Below the pieces are notes generated by a model, which was not told the DNA's origin, searched no databases, and was given only the letters and a program-made list of their open reading frames with translations. A DNA stretch of 64,000 bases from Candidatus Eiseniibacteriota bacterium. GTDB taxonomy: Bacteria > Eisenbacteria > RBG-16-71-46. Shown in pieces: positions 41,149 through 53,147 of the stretch. Where the stretch lies: positions 1,248,001 through 1,312,000 of the forward strand of contig CAVSAC010000012.1 of the NCBI GenBank assembly GCA_963725865.1, read 5' to 3'. The translations under genes were made by a program, and so were the position numbers. How positions within the stretch are numbered: position 1 is the stretch's first letter; each line of letters starts with the position of its first letter.

Positions 41149-42786
41149 CTACTGCGGGATGGGTGCGCACTCGAGGCGCACCAGCGATCCCTCCTTCTCC
41201 ACCAGGTACTCGAGCTGCCCATCGGCCCGGAAGGCAAGCCCCCAGAGACGATCGAACTCCGGACCCGGGTGCCCGTCCGCGACCACGAGCTGCTTCGTGC
41301 CCCGAGTGGCGCGATAGGCGATCCGTTTGCCATCGGGGCTGAAGACCGGACTTTCCGCCTCGTCGAACTCCGGTCCCACCTGGCCGTCCACGACCACGAG
41401 CTGCTTCGCGCCCCGGGTGGCGCGGTAGGCGACCTGATCGCCATCGGGACTGAAGACCGGGCTACCCGACGCGATGCCGTCGAACTCGGGCCCCGGCTTC
41501 CCGTCCACCACCATGAGCTGCGTCTTGCCCCGTCCGGCGCGATACGCGATTCGTTTCCCATCGGGACTGAAGACCGGGCTATCCGACGCGATTCCGTCGT
41601 ACTCCGGTCCCGCCGTCGCGTCTTCCACCACCAACTGGTGATTGCCCTGCTGGGCAACATAGGCGACATGCTCCCCATCGGGGCTGAAGGCCAGACTCGA
41701 CTGCGCGAAGCCGTCGAACTGCGGCCCCACGACTCCGTCCACCACCACCACCGACTTCTGCCCTTGGTAGGCGCCGTAGGAGATTCGCTTCCCATCGGGA
41801 CTGAAGACCAACCTGGCCGCCATGATGCCGTCGAACTCGGGCCCCGGCTTCCCGTCCACCACAACGAGCTGCTTCTTGTCTCGTCCGGCACCGTAAGCGA
41901 TTCGCTCGCCATCGGGGCTGAAGACCGGGCTCCCCACCGTGATGCCGTCGAACTCCGGTCCCACGGTGTCGTCCACAACGACCACCCATTTTCCGCCTCG
42001 TTGGGCTCCGTAGGCGATTCGTTTGCCGCCGGGGCTGAAGACCGGATTGTCCCCCTCCAGGATGCTGTCGAACTCCGGTCCCGCGGTCCCGTCCACCACC
42101 ACCACGCGCTTCTTGCCCTGTACGGCGCAGTAGGCGATGCGCTGGCCATCCGAGCTGAAGATCGGACCCGCCCCAGCGAGGCCATCGAACTCTGGGCCCG
42201 CCTGCCCATCCACCACGACGACCCATTTCTTGCCCTGTCGGGCGCCGTAGGCGATGCGCTTGCCATCGGGGCTGAAGGTCTGACCGCCCAGACCGATCTC
42301 TTCGAACGTCGGTCCCGCAGTCCCGTCGACCACGACGAGCGACTTCTTGCCTTGTTGGGCTCCGTAGGCGATTCGCTTGCCATCTCGGCTGAAGACCGGT
42401 CCATCCTTCAGGATGTTGTCGAACTCGGGGCCTGCTTGGCCATCGAGGATGACCTGGCACTTCTTGTTCCTGTTTAGCGCCGCGTAGGCCACATGGGAAC
42501 CGTCAGGGCTGAAGACCGGGAGGCCGACGGAGTAGCACTTGGGCCCCGATTGGCCATCCAGGAACACCGCCTGGTACACCAGATTGGGACGCGCCACCCA
42601 GGCGACATGGCAGCCCAACGGGCTCGCCTTCGAGATCGCCTTTCCCGGGATCGGGTGGGGGCGCGCGCCCAGCACCGTCTCACGGCATCCCGCTGGCTGT
42701 GCGGACTCGCCTTGTGCCGTCGCCGAAGCCAAGAAGAGCCACGAAACGGCGGTCGCAAGCACCGCCCTACTCCCCAAGCTTCGCAT
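41149..42786 (-). CDS. Secreted PD40/WD40-like repeat beta-propeller
   Basis: SD GGAGG, signal peptide, ~12 repeats PVFSPDGKRIAY...VVVDG..GPEFD of ~39 aa. Confidence 0.9.
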   Translation of the reverse strand: MRSLGSRAVLATAVSWLFLASATAQGESAQPAGCRETVLGARPHPIPGKAISKASPLGCHVAWVARPNLVYQAVFLDGQSGPKCYSVGLPVFSPDGSHVAYAALNRNKKCQVILDGQAGPEFDNILKDGPVFSRDGKRIAYGAQQGKKSLVVVDGTAGPTFEEIGLGGQTFSPDGKRIAYGARQGKKWVVVVDGQAGPEFDGLAGAGPIFSSDGQRIAYCAVQGKKRVVVVDGTAGPEFDSILEGDNPVFSPGGKRIAYGAQRGGKWVVVVDDTVGPEFDGITVGSPVFSPDGERIAYGAGRDKKQLVVVDGKPGPEFDGIMAARLVFSPDGKRISYGAYQGQKSVVVVDGVVGPQFDGFAQSSLAFSPDGEHVAYVAQQGNHQLVVEDATAGPEYDGIASDSPVFSPDGKRIAYRAGRGKTQLMVVDGKPGPEFDGIASGSPVFSPDGDQVAYRATRGAKQLVVVDGQVGPEFDEAESPVFSPDGKRIAYRATRGTKQLVVADGHPGPEFDRLWGLAFRADGQLEYLVEKEGSLVRLECAPIPQ

Positions 42787-42899
42787 TGTCGTCCTCCATT
42801 GAGCCGAAAGCCGAGTCTCCTCGCGACGTCGAGGCGATGAACGCCATCGGGAGGCTAACTCCGTGTCGTCCGTCGCGCCATGGCGTTCTCCCGTTCTAT

Positions 42900-43755
<856 letters not shown>

Positions 43756-43985
43756 CGTTCCTCCATCAAGCGTGATTGCTGGCACAGCTCAATCGTTGAG
43801 TTACAACTTCCAACATCAGGGCCCCGGGTGACTACTCACCCCCTGTCAACAACCTCCTGAGACTCCACAGCTAGACGCGCCTTCAAAGGGCGATGACAGA
43901 GGCGCTTTGGACCGCAGCTTTCACTGCAAGGGGCTCGCCCGAATCCCTGCCCTCCGACGGCCCACAGAAGCGTTGCCCCGGTTGG

Positions 43986-44031
43986 TTGACGCGGGTTCTC
44001 CACTCATCTACAGTTCGCCATGTGACGAAAC
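43986..44031 (+). promoter_or_regulatory. ars operon promoter with putative ArsR operator
   Basis: TTGACG-17-TACAGT followed by imperfect palindrome GTTCGCCATGTGACGAAAC. Confidence 0.7.
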
Positions 44032-44051
44032 ATAGGAGGGAGCCCAAAACC

Positions 44052-44456
44052 ATGCGTGATCTCGAACTCGTCCTCAAAGCCGCCGGTGACCCGACGCGCA
44101 CGCGCATCCTCAAGCTGCTCGAAGGCGGCGGACTCTGCGTCTGCCAGGTGCAGGTTGTACTCGGCCTCGCGCCATCCACCGTCTCCAAACACCTCTCGAT
44201 CCTCAAGACGGCGGGGCTGGTCGAAGACCGGCGCGACGGCAAGTGGATCGAGTATGCGCTGGTCTCGGGAGAACGGAACCCCTACGCCAAACACGTGTTG
44301 GCGATGCTCCGTGGGCCGCTCGATCGCGACCCCGCTGTCGTCGCCGACCGGAGGCGGCTTCGGGAGATCAAGAAGATCCCGCTGGTCGAACTCTGCAACA
44401 TCACGCCTGCCCGACCGGCCACGCCATCCGCGACGGCTCGGCAGGCTCGAGTCTGA
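44052..44456 (+). CDS. arsR: ArsR/SmtB-family repressor
   Basis: GDPTRTRIL, LCVCQ, TVSKHLSILK, RDGKWIEY. Confidence 0.92.
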   Translation: MRDLELVLKAAGDPTRTRILKLLEGGGLCVCQVQVVLGLAPSTVSKHLSILKTAGLVEDRRDGKWIEYALVSGERNPYAKHVLAMLRGPLDRDPAVVADRRRLREIKKIPLVELCNITPARPATPSATARQARV

Positions 44457-44470
44457 AGGGAGCCGCGATC

Positions 44471-44898
44471 ATGCCTGAAGGCACTCCTTCCCTGCTCTTC
44501 GTCTGCATCGAGAACTCGAACCGCTCGCAGATGGCCGAGGGCTTCGCGCGCGCGCTCGGCGGCGGCCGCGTCGTCGCGTTCAGTGCCGGATCGCGGCCTT
44601 CGGGTGTCATCAATCACCGCGCAATCCAGTTCATGAAGGAGAAGGGCATCGACCTCACGGTGCAGCTTTCGAAGGGCGTGGATGACCTGCCCCAGCTCAA
44701 ATGGGACTACATCGTGACGATGGGTTGTGGCGATGCGTGTCCATTCCTTCCGGCGCGGCATCGCCTCGACTGGGACCTTCAGGATCCGAAGCACCTGGAT
44801 GACGACGGATTCAGGACCGTGCGCGACCGGATCGAGGCGCTCGTGAAGGACCTCATCGTGGAAGCGACGCGACCGGAGGTGTCGCGGGGAGGGCAGGG

Positions 44899-44902
<4 letters not shown>
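44471..44902 (+). CDS. arsC: Arsenate reductase (LMW-PTP fold)
   Basis: CIENSNRSQMAE, SAGS, TMGCGDACP, DP. Confidence 0.9.
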
Positions 44903-46001
<1,099 letters not shown>

Positions 46002-46005
<4 letters not shown>

Positions 46006-47249
46006 GTACCGCCCTCCCCATCCGCCCAGTTGGCAACGAGGCGCGGGTGCCCTCGCGCAAACGCGACCTGAGTGAGCTGAAGATTCTCGGTGCCTTCATC
46101 GCGGTGTTCCTGCTCGCATGGCTGCTTCCGTACGAGAATCTGCGACTGCAGGGCGCCCTCATCGAGTCGCTGGCCATGACGCAGGACTACGCCCGCCAGC
46201 ACGTGCTGCTTTGCCTGATTCCCGCCTTCTTCATCGCCGGTGCGATCGGCGTGTTCGTGAGCCAGGCCTCGGTCATCCGCTACCTGGGCCCCGCGGCGCC
46301 GCGCTGGATCGCGTACCCGGTCGCCGCGGTCTCCGGGACCATCCTCGCCGTGTGCTCCTGCACGGTGCTGCCGCTATTCACCGGCATTCACCGGCGCGGC
46401 GCCGGCCTGGGTCCCGCGATCGCCTTCCTCTACTCGGGACCGGCGATCAACGTGCTCGCGATCATCCTGACAGCGCGCGTGCTCGGTATCGAGCTCGGGA
46501 TCGCGCGTGCCGTGATGTCCATCGTCTTCTCGGTCGCGATCGGCCTCGTCATGCACTGGCTCTACCGCAAGGAGGAGGCGAAGCGCGCGGCTCTGGCGCT
46601 GGCGATGCCGGAGCCCGAGATCCCGCGACGGTCGCTCGGCCAGACAGGCGTCTACTTCGCGCTGATGGTCGGCATCCTGGTGTTCGCCAACTGGAGTTCC
46701 CCAGCGCAGGCCGGCCCCGGCGCGTGGGCGGCCATTCACGGCGCGAAGTGGTGGATCACGGGCGCCCTGCTGCTCGGGCTCGCCGTCGTCCTCGTGCGCT
46801 GGTTCGACCGCCAGGAACTCTCCGAGTGGGTCGCGTCCACCTGGGACTTCGCCAAGCAGATCCTGCCGCTGCTGCTCGGCGGCGTCCTCGTCGCGGGGCT
46901 GCTGCTGGGCCGGCCGGGGCACGAGGGCCTGATCCCCTCGGCCTGGGTGGCGCAGGCCGTGGGCGGCAACTCGCTGCTGGCGAACCTCCTCTCTTCGGTG
47001 ATCGGCGCGTTCATGTATTTCGCGACGCTGACCGAGGTGCCGATCCTGCAGGGCCTGATCGGCTCCGGCATGGGCAAGGGCCCCGCCCTCGCGCTGCTGC
47101 TCGCCGGCCCGGCGCTCTCGCTCCCCTCGATGCTCGTGATCCGCAGCGTGCTCGGCACGCGCAAGACGGTGGTCTTCGTGACCCTCGTCGTCCTGTTCTC
47201 AACGCTCAGCGGCCTGCTGTTCGGCCTCCTGCCGGACGCCAGGCCGTAG
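46002..47249 (+). CDS. ArsP-like (DUF318) permease
   Basis: AVCSCTVLPLF, SGPAIN, MYFATLTEVPI, GPALSLP. Confidence 0.88.
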
Positions 47250-47262
47250 ATAGGAGTCGCTC

Positions 47263-47496
47263 ATGACCAAGATTCAGGTTCTCGGCCCCGGCTGCGCTAA
47301 GTGCAAGGTGCTGGCCGAGCACGCCGAGCAGGCCGCGAAGGAACTCGGCCTCGCTTACGAGATCGAGAAGGTCACCGACATCGACACGATCCTGGCCTTC
47401 GGAGTGATGATGACGCCGGCCCTGGTCGTGGACGGCAAGGTCAAGCTCGCGGGCCGCGTGCCAACGACCGCACAGCTCAAGGAGGTGCTGTCGTGA
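47263..47496 (+). CDS. Small redox-active disulfide (thioredoxin-like) protein
   Basis: VLGPGCAKC, GVMMTPALVVDG. Confidence 0.9.
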   Translation: MTKIQVLGPGCAKCKVLAEHAEQAAKELGLAYEIEKVTDIDTILAFGVMMTPALVVDGKVKLAGRVPTTAQLKEVLS

Positions 47497-47963
47497 GGCG
47501 CCTCCTGCTGGTTCTGCTGGTGCTGGGAGTCGTCGTGGCGAGCGGAGCCCCTCTCGCGTGGGCCGAGCCGACCAAGGACGGCGCCGCCGAGAAACCAACC
47601 CTCGTGACGCCGAGCGTCCACCCGCGCCGCGTCATCGCCTACTACTTCCACACCACGTATCGCTGCGCTTCGTGCCGGGCCATCGAGGCCTACTCGCGCG
47701 AGGCGATCGAGAGCGCATTTGCCGCTGAGATCAAGGACGGCCGCCTCGTCTGGAAGACGGTCAATATCGAGGTCAAGGGCAACGAGCACTTCGTCAAGGA
47801 CTACAAGCTCTACACGAAGTCGCTGGTCCTGGTGAACGAGGTCCGCGGCAAGCCCACCGAGTGGAAGAACCTCGAGAAGGTGTGGCAGCTCCTGCAGGAC
47901 AAGGACAAGTTCCTGCGCTATGTCCAGGATGAGGCTCGGGTGTATCTGACGGCGCGCTCATGA
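47493..47963 (+). CDS. ArsF-like exported thioredoxin-fold protein
   Basis: Signal peptide, YYFHTTYRCASCRAIE. Confidence 0.8.
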   Translation: MRRLLLVLLVLGVVVASGAPLAWAEPTKDGAAEKPTLVTPSVHPRRVIAYYFHTTYRCASCRAIEAYSREAIESAFAAEIKDGRLVWKTVNIEVKGNEHFVKDYKLYTKSLVLVNEVRGKPTEWKNLEKVWQLLQDKDKFLRYVQDEARVYLTARS

Positions 47964-48652
47964 TCGAGGCGTTCGCAGGCCTGGCCTCGGCGCTCTGGCT
48001 CGGGATCCTGACCTCGATCAGCCCCTGCCCCCTGGCGTCCAACATCGCCGCCGTCTCGTACGTGGGGCGCCATGTCGGTGCTCCGCATCGCGTGATCCTG
48101 GCGGGTGTGGCGTACTCGGTGGGCCGGGCGCTGACGTACGTGGTGATCGCCGCGATCGTGGTGACCAGTATTCTTTCGGTGCCGAGCGTCTCGTTCTTCC
48201 TCCAACAGCGGATGAACCAGGTGCTGGGTCCGTTGCTGATCGCCGTGGGCCTGCTGATGCTCGGCTGGCTGCGACTGCCGTGGTTCAACGGCCCGGGGGC
48301 CGGAGCGCTGGCACAGCGGCTGGCGGGAGCCGGCATCCCGGGGGCAGGCGGGCTCGGCGTGATCTTCGCTCTCTCGTTCTGCCCGGTCTCGGCGGGGCTC
48401 TTCTTCGGCGGGCTGCTGCCGCTGGCGACGGGCACGGGCTCGCGCTTCGTCCTACCCGCGGTCTACGGCCTCGGCACGGGGCTGCCAGTCATCGTGCTGG
48501 CCGCGCTGCTTGCGCTGGGCGCCGGCGGGATCGCCCGTGCGTTCCAGGCGCTGACCCGGTTCGAGCGCGTCGCCACCCGGATCACGGGCGTGGTGTTCGT
48601 ACTGGCGGGGATCTACCTGGTCCTCACCCACATCGTCGGACTCTCGATCTGA
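47960..48652 (+). CDS. ArsG-like / DsbD-type membrane protein
   Basis: TSISPCPLASNIAA, ALSFCPVSA. Confidence 0.82.
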   Translation: MIEAFAGLASALWLGILTSISPCPLASNIAAVSYVGRHVGAPHRVILAGVAYSVGRALTYVVIAAIVVTSILSVPSVSFFLQQRMNQVLGPLLIAVGLLMLGWLRLPWFNGPGAGALAQRLAGAGIPGAGGLGVIFALSFCPVSAGLFFGGLLPLATGTGSRFVLPAVYGLGTGLPVIVLAALLALGAGGIARAFQALTRFERVATRITGVVFVLAGIYLVLTHIVGLSI

Positions 48653-48667
48653 CGAGGGGGAGATGTC

Positions 48668-49318
48668 ATGGCCAAGGATCTGAGCACTGTTGCGTGGCAC
48701 GGCGTGCCGCGCAAAGACGTTGCGTGGTACCCGACCGTCGACGCGGAGAAGTGCATTGGCTGTCAGCTCTGTTTCGTGACCTGTGGCCGGGAGGTCTACG
48801 AGATCGGGCCGGCTCCCGACTACGAATCGAGCGTGGCCCGCCCCTTCAACTGCATGGTCGGCTGTTCGACCTGTGCGGTCGTCTGCCCGTCGGACGCGAT
48901 CAGCTTCCCGTCTCGTGAGATCGTCCGCCGCGCGGAGCACGAGTACAACGTCCTGAATATCGTCAGGAAGGAAGCCCAGGAGAAGCGCGACAAGTCCGCG
49001 GCTCTCGAGTCGCGCAACCGGGCAGAGGCGAGCCTGGGCGCGATCCGCAACCGCGCCCAGGTGCGCATCGCCGGACTGTTCGGAGACAAGCGGCTCCTGG
49101 TCCAGTTCGAGGATGTCATCCGCGACCGGGCCTGCGACATCGTGAACCTGCGGCTCGAGGTGCCCACGCTCAAGGGACTGCTCCAGGGGGCTCCCGGACA
49201 TCTGACCTGCGAGGTCTGGATGGAAGGCGCGATCGATGTGGCTCCCGTCCTGGCAGAGATCAAGCAGCTCGTGCAGCGCGAGGGGCTCGTTTGGATCGAG
49301 GATCCTCATGTTGGTTGA
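48668..49318 (+). CDS. 2x[4Fe-4S] ferredoxin with extra C-terminal domain
   Basis: CIGCQLCFVTC and CMVGCSTCAVVCP. Confidence 0.85.
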   Translation: MAKDLSTVAWHGVPRKDVAWYPTVDAEKCIGCQLCFVTCGREVYEIGPAPDYESSVARPFNCMVGCSTCAVVCPSDAISFPSREIVRRAEHEYNVLNIVRKEAQEKRDKSAALESRNRAEASLGAIRNRAQVRIAGLFGDKRLLVQFEDVIRDRACDIVNLRLEVPTLKGLLQGAPGHLTCEVWMEGAIDVAPVLAEIKQLVQREGLVWIEDPHVG

Positions 49319-49332
49319 AGGGCCTGGTTCTC

Positions 49333-50304
49333 GTGGCGCATGACCACCCGCATCCGCCGGCGGAAGACGGCGTCCGCACCGCTTTCCTCGTCGCGGTCGG
49401 ACTCAACGTCGCCTTTGTCGTCTTCGAGGTCGTGTTCGGGATCAGGTCCGGCTCTCTCGCGCTGCTCTCGGATGCTGGTCACAACCTCGGTGACGTGCTC
49501 GGCCTGGTGCTCGCCTGGGGGGCCATTCTCCTCGCCCGGCGCGCCCCCAGCGCGCGGCGCACCTATGGCCTGCGCCGATCCACGATTCTGGCAGCGCTGA
49601 TCAACGCGGTCGTACTGCTGATCGCCGTCGGCGCGGTCGCGCTGGAGGCGGTGCAGCGCCTCCGCCATCCGTCCCAGGTGGCTGGGCCCACGGTCATCGC
49701 GGTGGCCTCCCTCGGCATCCTCGTCAACGGCGTCAGCGCCTGGTTCCTGGCGAGGGGTCGTCAGGGCGACCTGAACGTACGCGCTGCCGTCCAGCACCTC
49801 GTCGCCGACACGGCCGTGTCCTTCGGGGTGGTGCTCGCCGGCGTCGCGCTGGTCTACACCCACTGGCTGTGGTTGGACCCCCTCGTCAGTCTGCTGGTCA
49901 GCGCACTCATCGTGGCTGGCACCTGGAAGATCCTGCGCGAGTCGCTCGACCTGGCGATGGACGCGGTACCGGAGGGCATCGATCCTGCAGCGGTCCGCAC
50001 CTATCTCGAGGCGCTGCCCGGCGTCGTGGACGTCCATGACCTCCACATCTGGGCCATGAGCACCACGGAGACTGCGCTCACGGCGCACCTGGTCACGGAG
50101 CGGGCGACGATCGACGACAGCCTCACCCCGAACATCGCCCACGACCTCTCCCAGCGCTTCGGGATCGTGCATCCCACGATCCAGTGGGAGTGCGCGGACT
50201 GCATTCCGCCTTGCGAGCAAGGGCGTGCCGCCATTCCAGCACAAGTGGAGGAGGCCATGGCAATCGCCTCCGAGCGACACCCTCCTGCGGATGTTCGAGA
50301 ATGA
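49333..50304 (+). CDS. Cation diffusion facilitator (CzcD-like)
   Basis: SLALLSDAGHNLGD, HLVAD, VHDLHIWAMS. Confidence 0.93.
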   Translation: MAHDHPHPPAEDGVRTAFLVAVGLNVAFVVFEVVFGIRSGSLALLSDAGHNLGDVLGLVLAWGAILLARRAPSARRTYGLRRSTILAALINAVVLLIAVGAVALEAVQRLRHPSQVAGPTVIAVASLGILVNGVSAWFLARGRQGDLNVRAAVQHLVADTAVSFGVVLAGVALVYTHWLWLDPLVSLLVSALIVAGTWKILRESLDLAMDAVPEGIDPAAVRTYLEALPGVVDVHDLHIWAMSTTETALTAHLVTERATIDDSLTPNIAHDLSQRFGIVHPTIQWECADCIPPCEQGRAAIPAQVEEAMAIASERHPPADVRE

Positions 50305-50330
50305 GGCCACCCTTTGAGGAGGAACAACGG

Positions 50331-50951
50331 ATGCCCACGCTTGAAGTGTTCGATCCACCGATGTGCTGCAGCACCGGCGTCTGCGGGCCTGAGCCAGATG
50401 CGAGTCTGACCACCTTTGCAGCGGACCTGAACTGGCTGAAGGGACAGGGGGTGCAGGTGCGCCGGTACAACCTCGCGCAGGAGCCGGCTCGCTTCACCGC
50501 CAATCCGCGAGTCAAGCAAGTGGTGGACGCGCTGGGTGTCGAGGGCCTGCCCGTCGTGGTCATCGACGGCCGTATGGTCAGCCAGGGCGAGTACCCCTCA
50601 CGCGCGCAACTGCTCGAGATGACCAACTTGGGCGGGTCGGGTGCGACGCAGGCAGCAGATCCCGACCGGGTGCCCGACCAGCCACCACTCTTCAACGAGT
50701 CGATCGCCGAGTTGGTCGCCCTGGGTGCCTCGATCGCCTCCAACTGCGACCCGTGCTTTCGCTATCACCACCGCAGAGCCGTCGAGCTGGGCATCTCCAA
50801 AGAAGACATGGTCCAGGCCGTGAACGTGGCGCTGCGGGTCAAGGAACAGCCGGCGCAGGCGATGGTGCGCCTGGCCCAGAAGCTCCTACTGCCCGAATCC
50901 ACCCAGACTGGCGGCTGCTGTGGCGGAGGAGACGGAGACAACTGCTGCTGA
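50331..50951 (+). CDS. arsD: ArsD metallochaperone fused to a CMD/AhpD-like domain
   Basis: FDPPMCCSTGVCGP...YPSR then ELVALGASIASNCDPCFRYH; tail GGCCGGGDGDNCC. Confidence 0.88.
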   Translation: MPTLEVFDPPMCCSTGVCGPEPDASLTTFAADLNWLKGQGVQVRRYNLAQEPARFTANPRVKQVVDALGVEGLPVVVIDGRMVSQGEYPSRAQLLEMTNLGGSGATQAADPDRVPDQPPLFNESIAELVALGASIASNCDPCFRYHHRRAVELGISKEDMVQAVNVALRVKEQPAQAMVRLAQKLLLPESTQTGGCCGGGDGDNCC

Positions 50952-51007
50952 ACCGGTCTCCCATCGAGGAGAGCGGCCAACTTCTTGTAGAGACGGGAGT
51001 ACACATC

Positions 51008-52780
51008 ATGCCTTGGTACGAACAGCCCACTCGGTACCTCTTCTTCACCGGCAAGGGCGGCGTCGGCAAGACATCCCTCGCCTGCGCGACGGCGGTGAAG
51101 CTCGCCGGCCAGGGCAAGCGGGTGCTCCTGGTCAGCACCGACCCGGCCTCGAACTTGGCTCACGTCTTCGAGACGGAGATCGGCGAACAGACGCCGACAC
51201 CGATCCCGGATGTGGCCAACCTGTTCGCGCTGAACATCGACCCCGAGGCTGCGGCACAGGCTTACCGCGATCGGATCGTGGGCCCGGTGCGCGGGACCCT
51301 GCCGGACAAGGTCCTGCGCCAGATGGAGGAGCAGCTTTCAGGCGCCTGCACGACCGAGATCGCGGCCTTTGATGAGTTCACCGCGCTCCTCACCGACGAG
51401 CGGGAGACCTCAGGCTACGACCACATCGTGTTCGATACCGCGCCGACCGGCCACACCCTGCGACTGCTCAGCCTGCCAAGCGCATGGTCGACCTTCCTGG
51501 AAGCGGGTCAGGGCGACACGTCGTGCCTCGGTCCGCTGTCGGGGCTCAGCAGGCAACGCGAGCAATACAGGGCGGCGGTGAATGCGCTGGCCGACGGTGC
51601 GAGCACGACGATGGTGCTGGTCAGCCGTCCCGACAAGGCCGCGTTGGACGAGGCCGCCCGCACCAGCACCGAGCTGACGGCGCTCGGGGTGAGGACACAG
51701 CGCCTGGTCGTCAACGGCTTGATGCCCCGAACAGCGAGCACCGATCCGTTGGCTCGCGCGATGGCGCAGCGGGACAGTCGGGCGTTGGAGGGCATGCCGG
51801 AGGCCCTGCGGGACATGCCTACCGATCAAGTGTTCCTGCAGCCCTTCAACATGGTCGGCGCCAAGGCCCTGCGCTCTCTGCTCGATACTCCGAGCGGAGA
51901 GACTCAGAGCATCGACTCCACGCTGGGCCTCCCATCGCTCGACCTTCCCAGCCTGGGCGACCTCGTCGACGACATCGAGGCCGATGGCAACGGTCTCGTG
52001 ATGGTGCTGGGCAAGGGTGGAGTCGGCAAGACGACGATTGCAGCGGCGGTCGCAGTGGAACTGGCCTCGCGCGGCCACGACGTCCACCTGACCACGACCG
52101 ACCCGGCAGCGCACCTGGCATCGACGCTCGAGTCGCAGGTCGATCACCTTGAGGTGAGCCGGATCGATCCCCAGGTTGAAATCGCGCGCTACCGGCAAGG
52201 CGTCCTGGAGACCAAGGGCAAAGACCTCGACGCCCAGGGGCGGGCGATGCTGGAGGAGGACCTGCGTTCGCCGTGCACGGAAGAGATCGCCGTCTTCCAG
52301 GCGTTCTCCAAGGTCATCCGCGAGGCCCGACGCAGGTTCGTCGTCGTGGACACCGCCCCGACGGGCCACACCCTGCTGCTGATCGATGCGACTGGGTCGT
52401 ACCATCGCGACGTCATGCGGCACGTGAAGCAGGGCACCAAGTTCGTCACGCCGATGATGATGCTGCAGGACCCGGCGCAGACCAAGATGCTGATCGTCAC
52501 GCTGCCGGAGACGACACCAGTCCTGGAGGCCGCCGCGCTGCAGGAGGACCTTCGGCGCGCGAAGATCGAGCCGTGGGCGTGGGTCGTCAACGCATCGCTG
52601 GCCGCCGCGGGCCCAACGGACTTGCTGCTCGTGGCGAGGGCACGGTCGGAGCAACCGCGAATCGAACAGGTCCAGGCCGAGTTGGCGCAGCGGATCGCAC
52701 TGGTGCCGTGGCTCGCCGATGAGCCGGTGGGGCCCGTGCGGTTGCGCCAGCTCACGAGGGGCAGGCAGCGGGCGACCTAG
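51008..52780 (+). CDS. arsA: Arsenical pump-driving ATPase
   Basis: Two GKGGVGKT, two DTAPTGHT, SGACTTEIA, SCLGPL, SPCTEE. Confidence 0.97.
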   Translation: MPWYEQPTRYLFFTGKGGVGKTSLACATAVKLAGQGKRVLLVSTDPASNLAHVFETEIGEQTPTPIPDVANLFALNIDPEAAAQAYRDRIVGPVRGTLPDKVLRQMEEQLSGACTTEIAAFDEFTALLTDERETSGYDHIVFDTAPTGHTLRLLSLPSAWSTFLEAGQGDTSCLGPLSGLSRQREQYRAAVNALADGASTTMVLVSRPDKAALDEAARTSTELTALGVRTQRLVVNGLMPRTASTDPLARAMAQRDSRALEGMPEALRDMPTDQVFLQPFNMVGAKALRSLLDTPSGETQSIDSTLGLPSLDLPSLGDLVDDIEADGNGLVMVLGKGGVGKTTIAAAVAVELASRGHDVHLTTTDPAAHLASTLESQVDHLEVSRIDPQVEIARYRQGVLETKGKDLDAQGRAMLEEDLRSPCTEEIAVFQAFSKVIREARRRFVVVDTAPTGHTLLLIDATGSYHRDVMRHVKQGTKFVTPMMMLQDPAQTKMLIVTLPETTPVLEAAALQEDLRRAKIEPWAWVVNASLAAAGPTDLLLVARARSEQPRIEQVQAELAQRIALVPWLADEPVGPVRLRQLTRGRQRAT

Positions 52781-52818
52781 CAAGCCGAGCGCCCGCCGAA
52801 GCTATTGAGATGGGGCTC

Positions 52819-52921
52819 TGGTCGCCGATTGGTCGCCGGTTCAAAGTCCACTCCTGTCCTTTCCTGTCCCTTCGTGACTACATGACGAGCCCCGCTCGCG
52901 GTGCTAACCGCAAGCGGGGCT
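52819..52921. repeat. att-arm region of island 1
   Basis: TGGTCGCCG x2 (52819, 52830); (T)GTCC/TGAC at 10-bp period 52846-52878; hairpin 52888-52921. Confidence 0.65.
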
Positions 52922-52969
52922 TTGCGCGACAAAGACTTCGGCGAGCGAGCCGACAAATGGCCGTTGGGA

Positions 52970-53008
52970 TTAGGAAACCGCTACTCTATCCGTCTGAGCT
53001 ACGGGGCC
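52970..53008 (-). repeat. tRNA-Arg 5'-half copy 2 (att core)
   Basis: 38/39 identical to 40220-40258. Confidence 0.95.
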
Positions 53009-53018
53009 ATGCGGCAAG

Positions 53019-53047
53019 AAGATAGCGCAGGATGCGTGGGCGTCCAA
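53019..53047 (-). promoter_or_regulatory. sigma70-like promoter in front of tRNA-half copy 2
   Basis: TTGGAC-17-TATCTT, 10 nt before the tRNA-half. Confidence 0.6.
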
Positions 53048-53147
53048 TCGTCGGGGCAGCGGTCTATTGCCTGCACTGCCAAACCGACGGGCGAGGCGAG
53101 GTGCAGGCGACGCACTTGAGCCTAGGGGGCCCTCGCCGCGAGAAGAG

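Noticed and set aside
41149..42600. Regular DNA repeats resembling a CRISPR array
   Set aside because: They are in-frame ~39-aa protein repeats without unique spacers; no cas genes in the window.
52970..53008. Additional or split tRNA-Arg genes (also 61587-61625)
   Set aside because: No separate 3' half, T-arm or CCA follows, and no complementary leader for trans-splicing is visible; integration-site duplication fits better.
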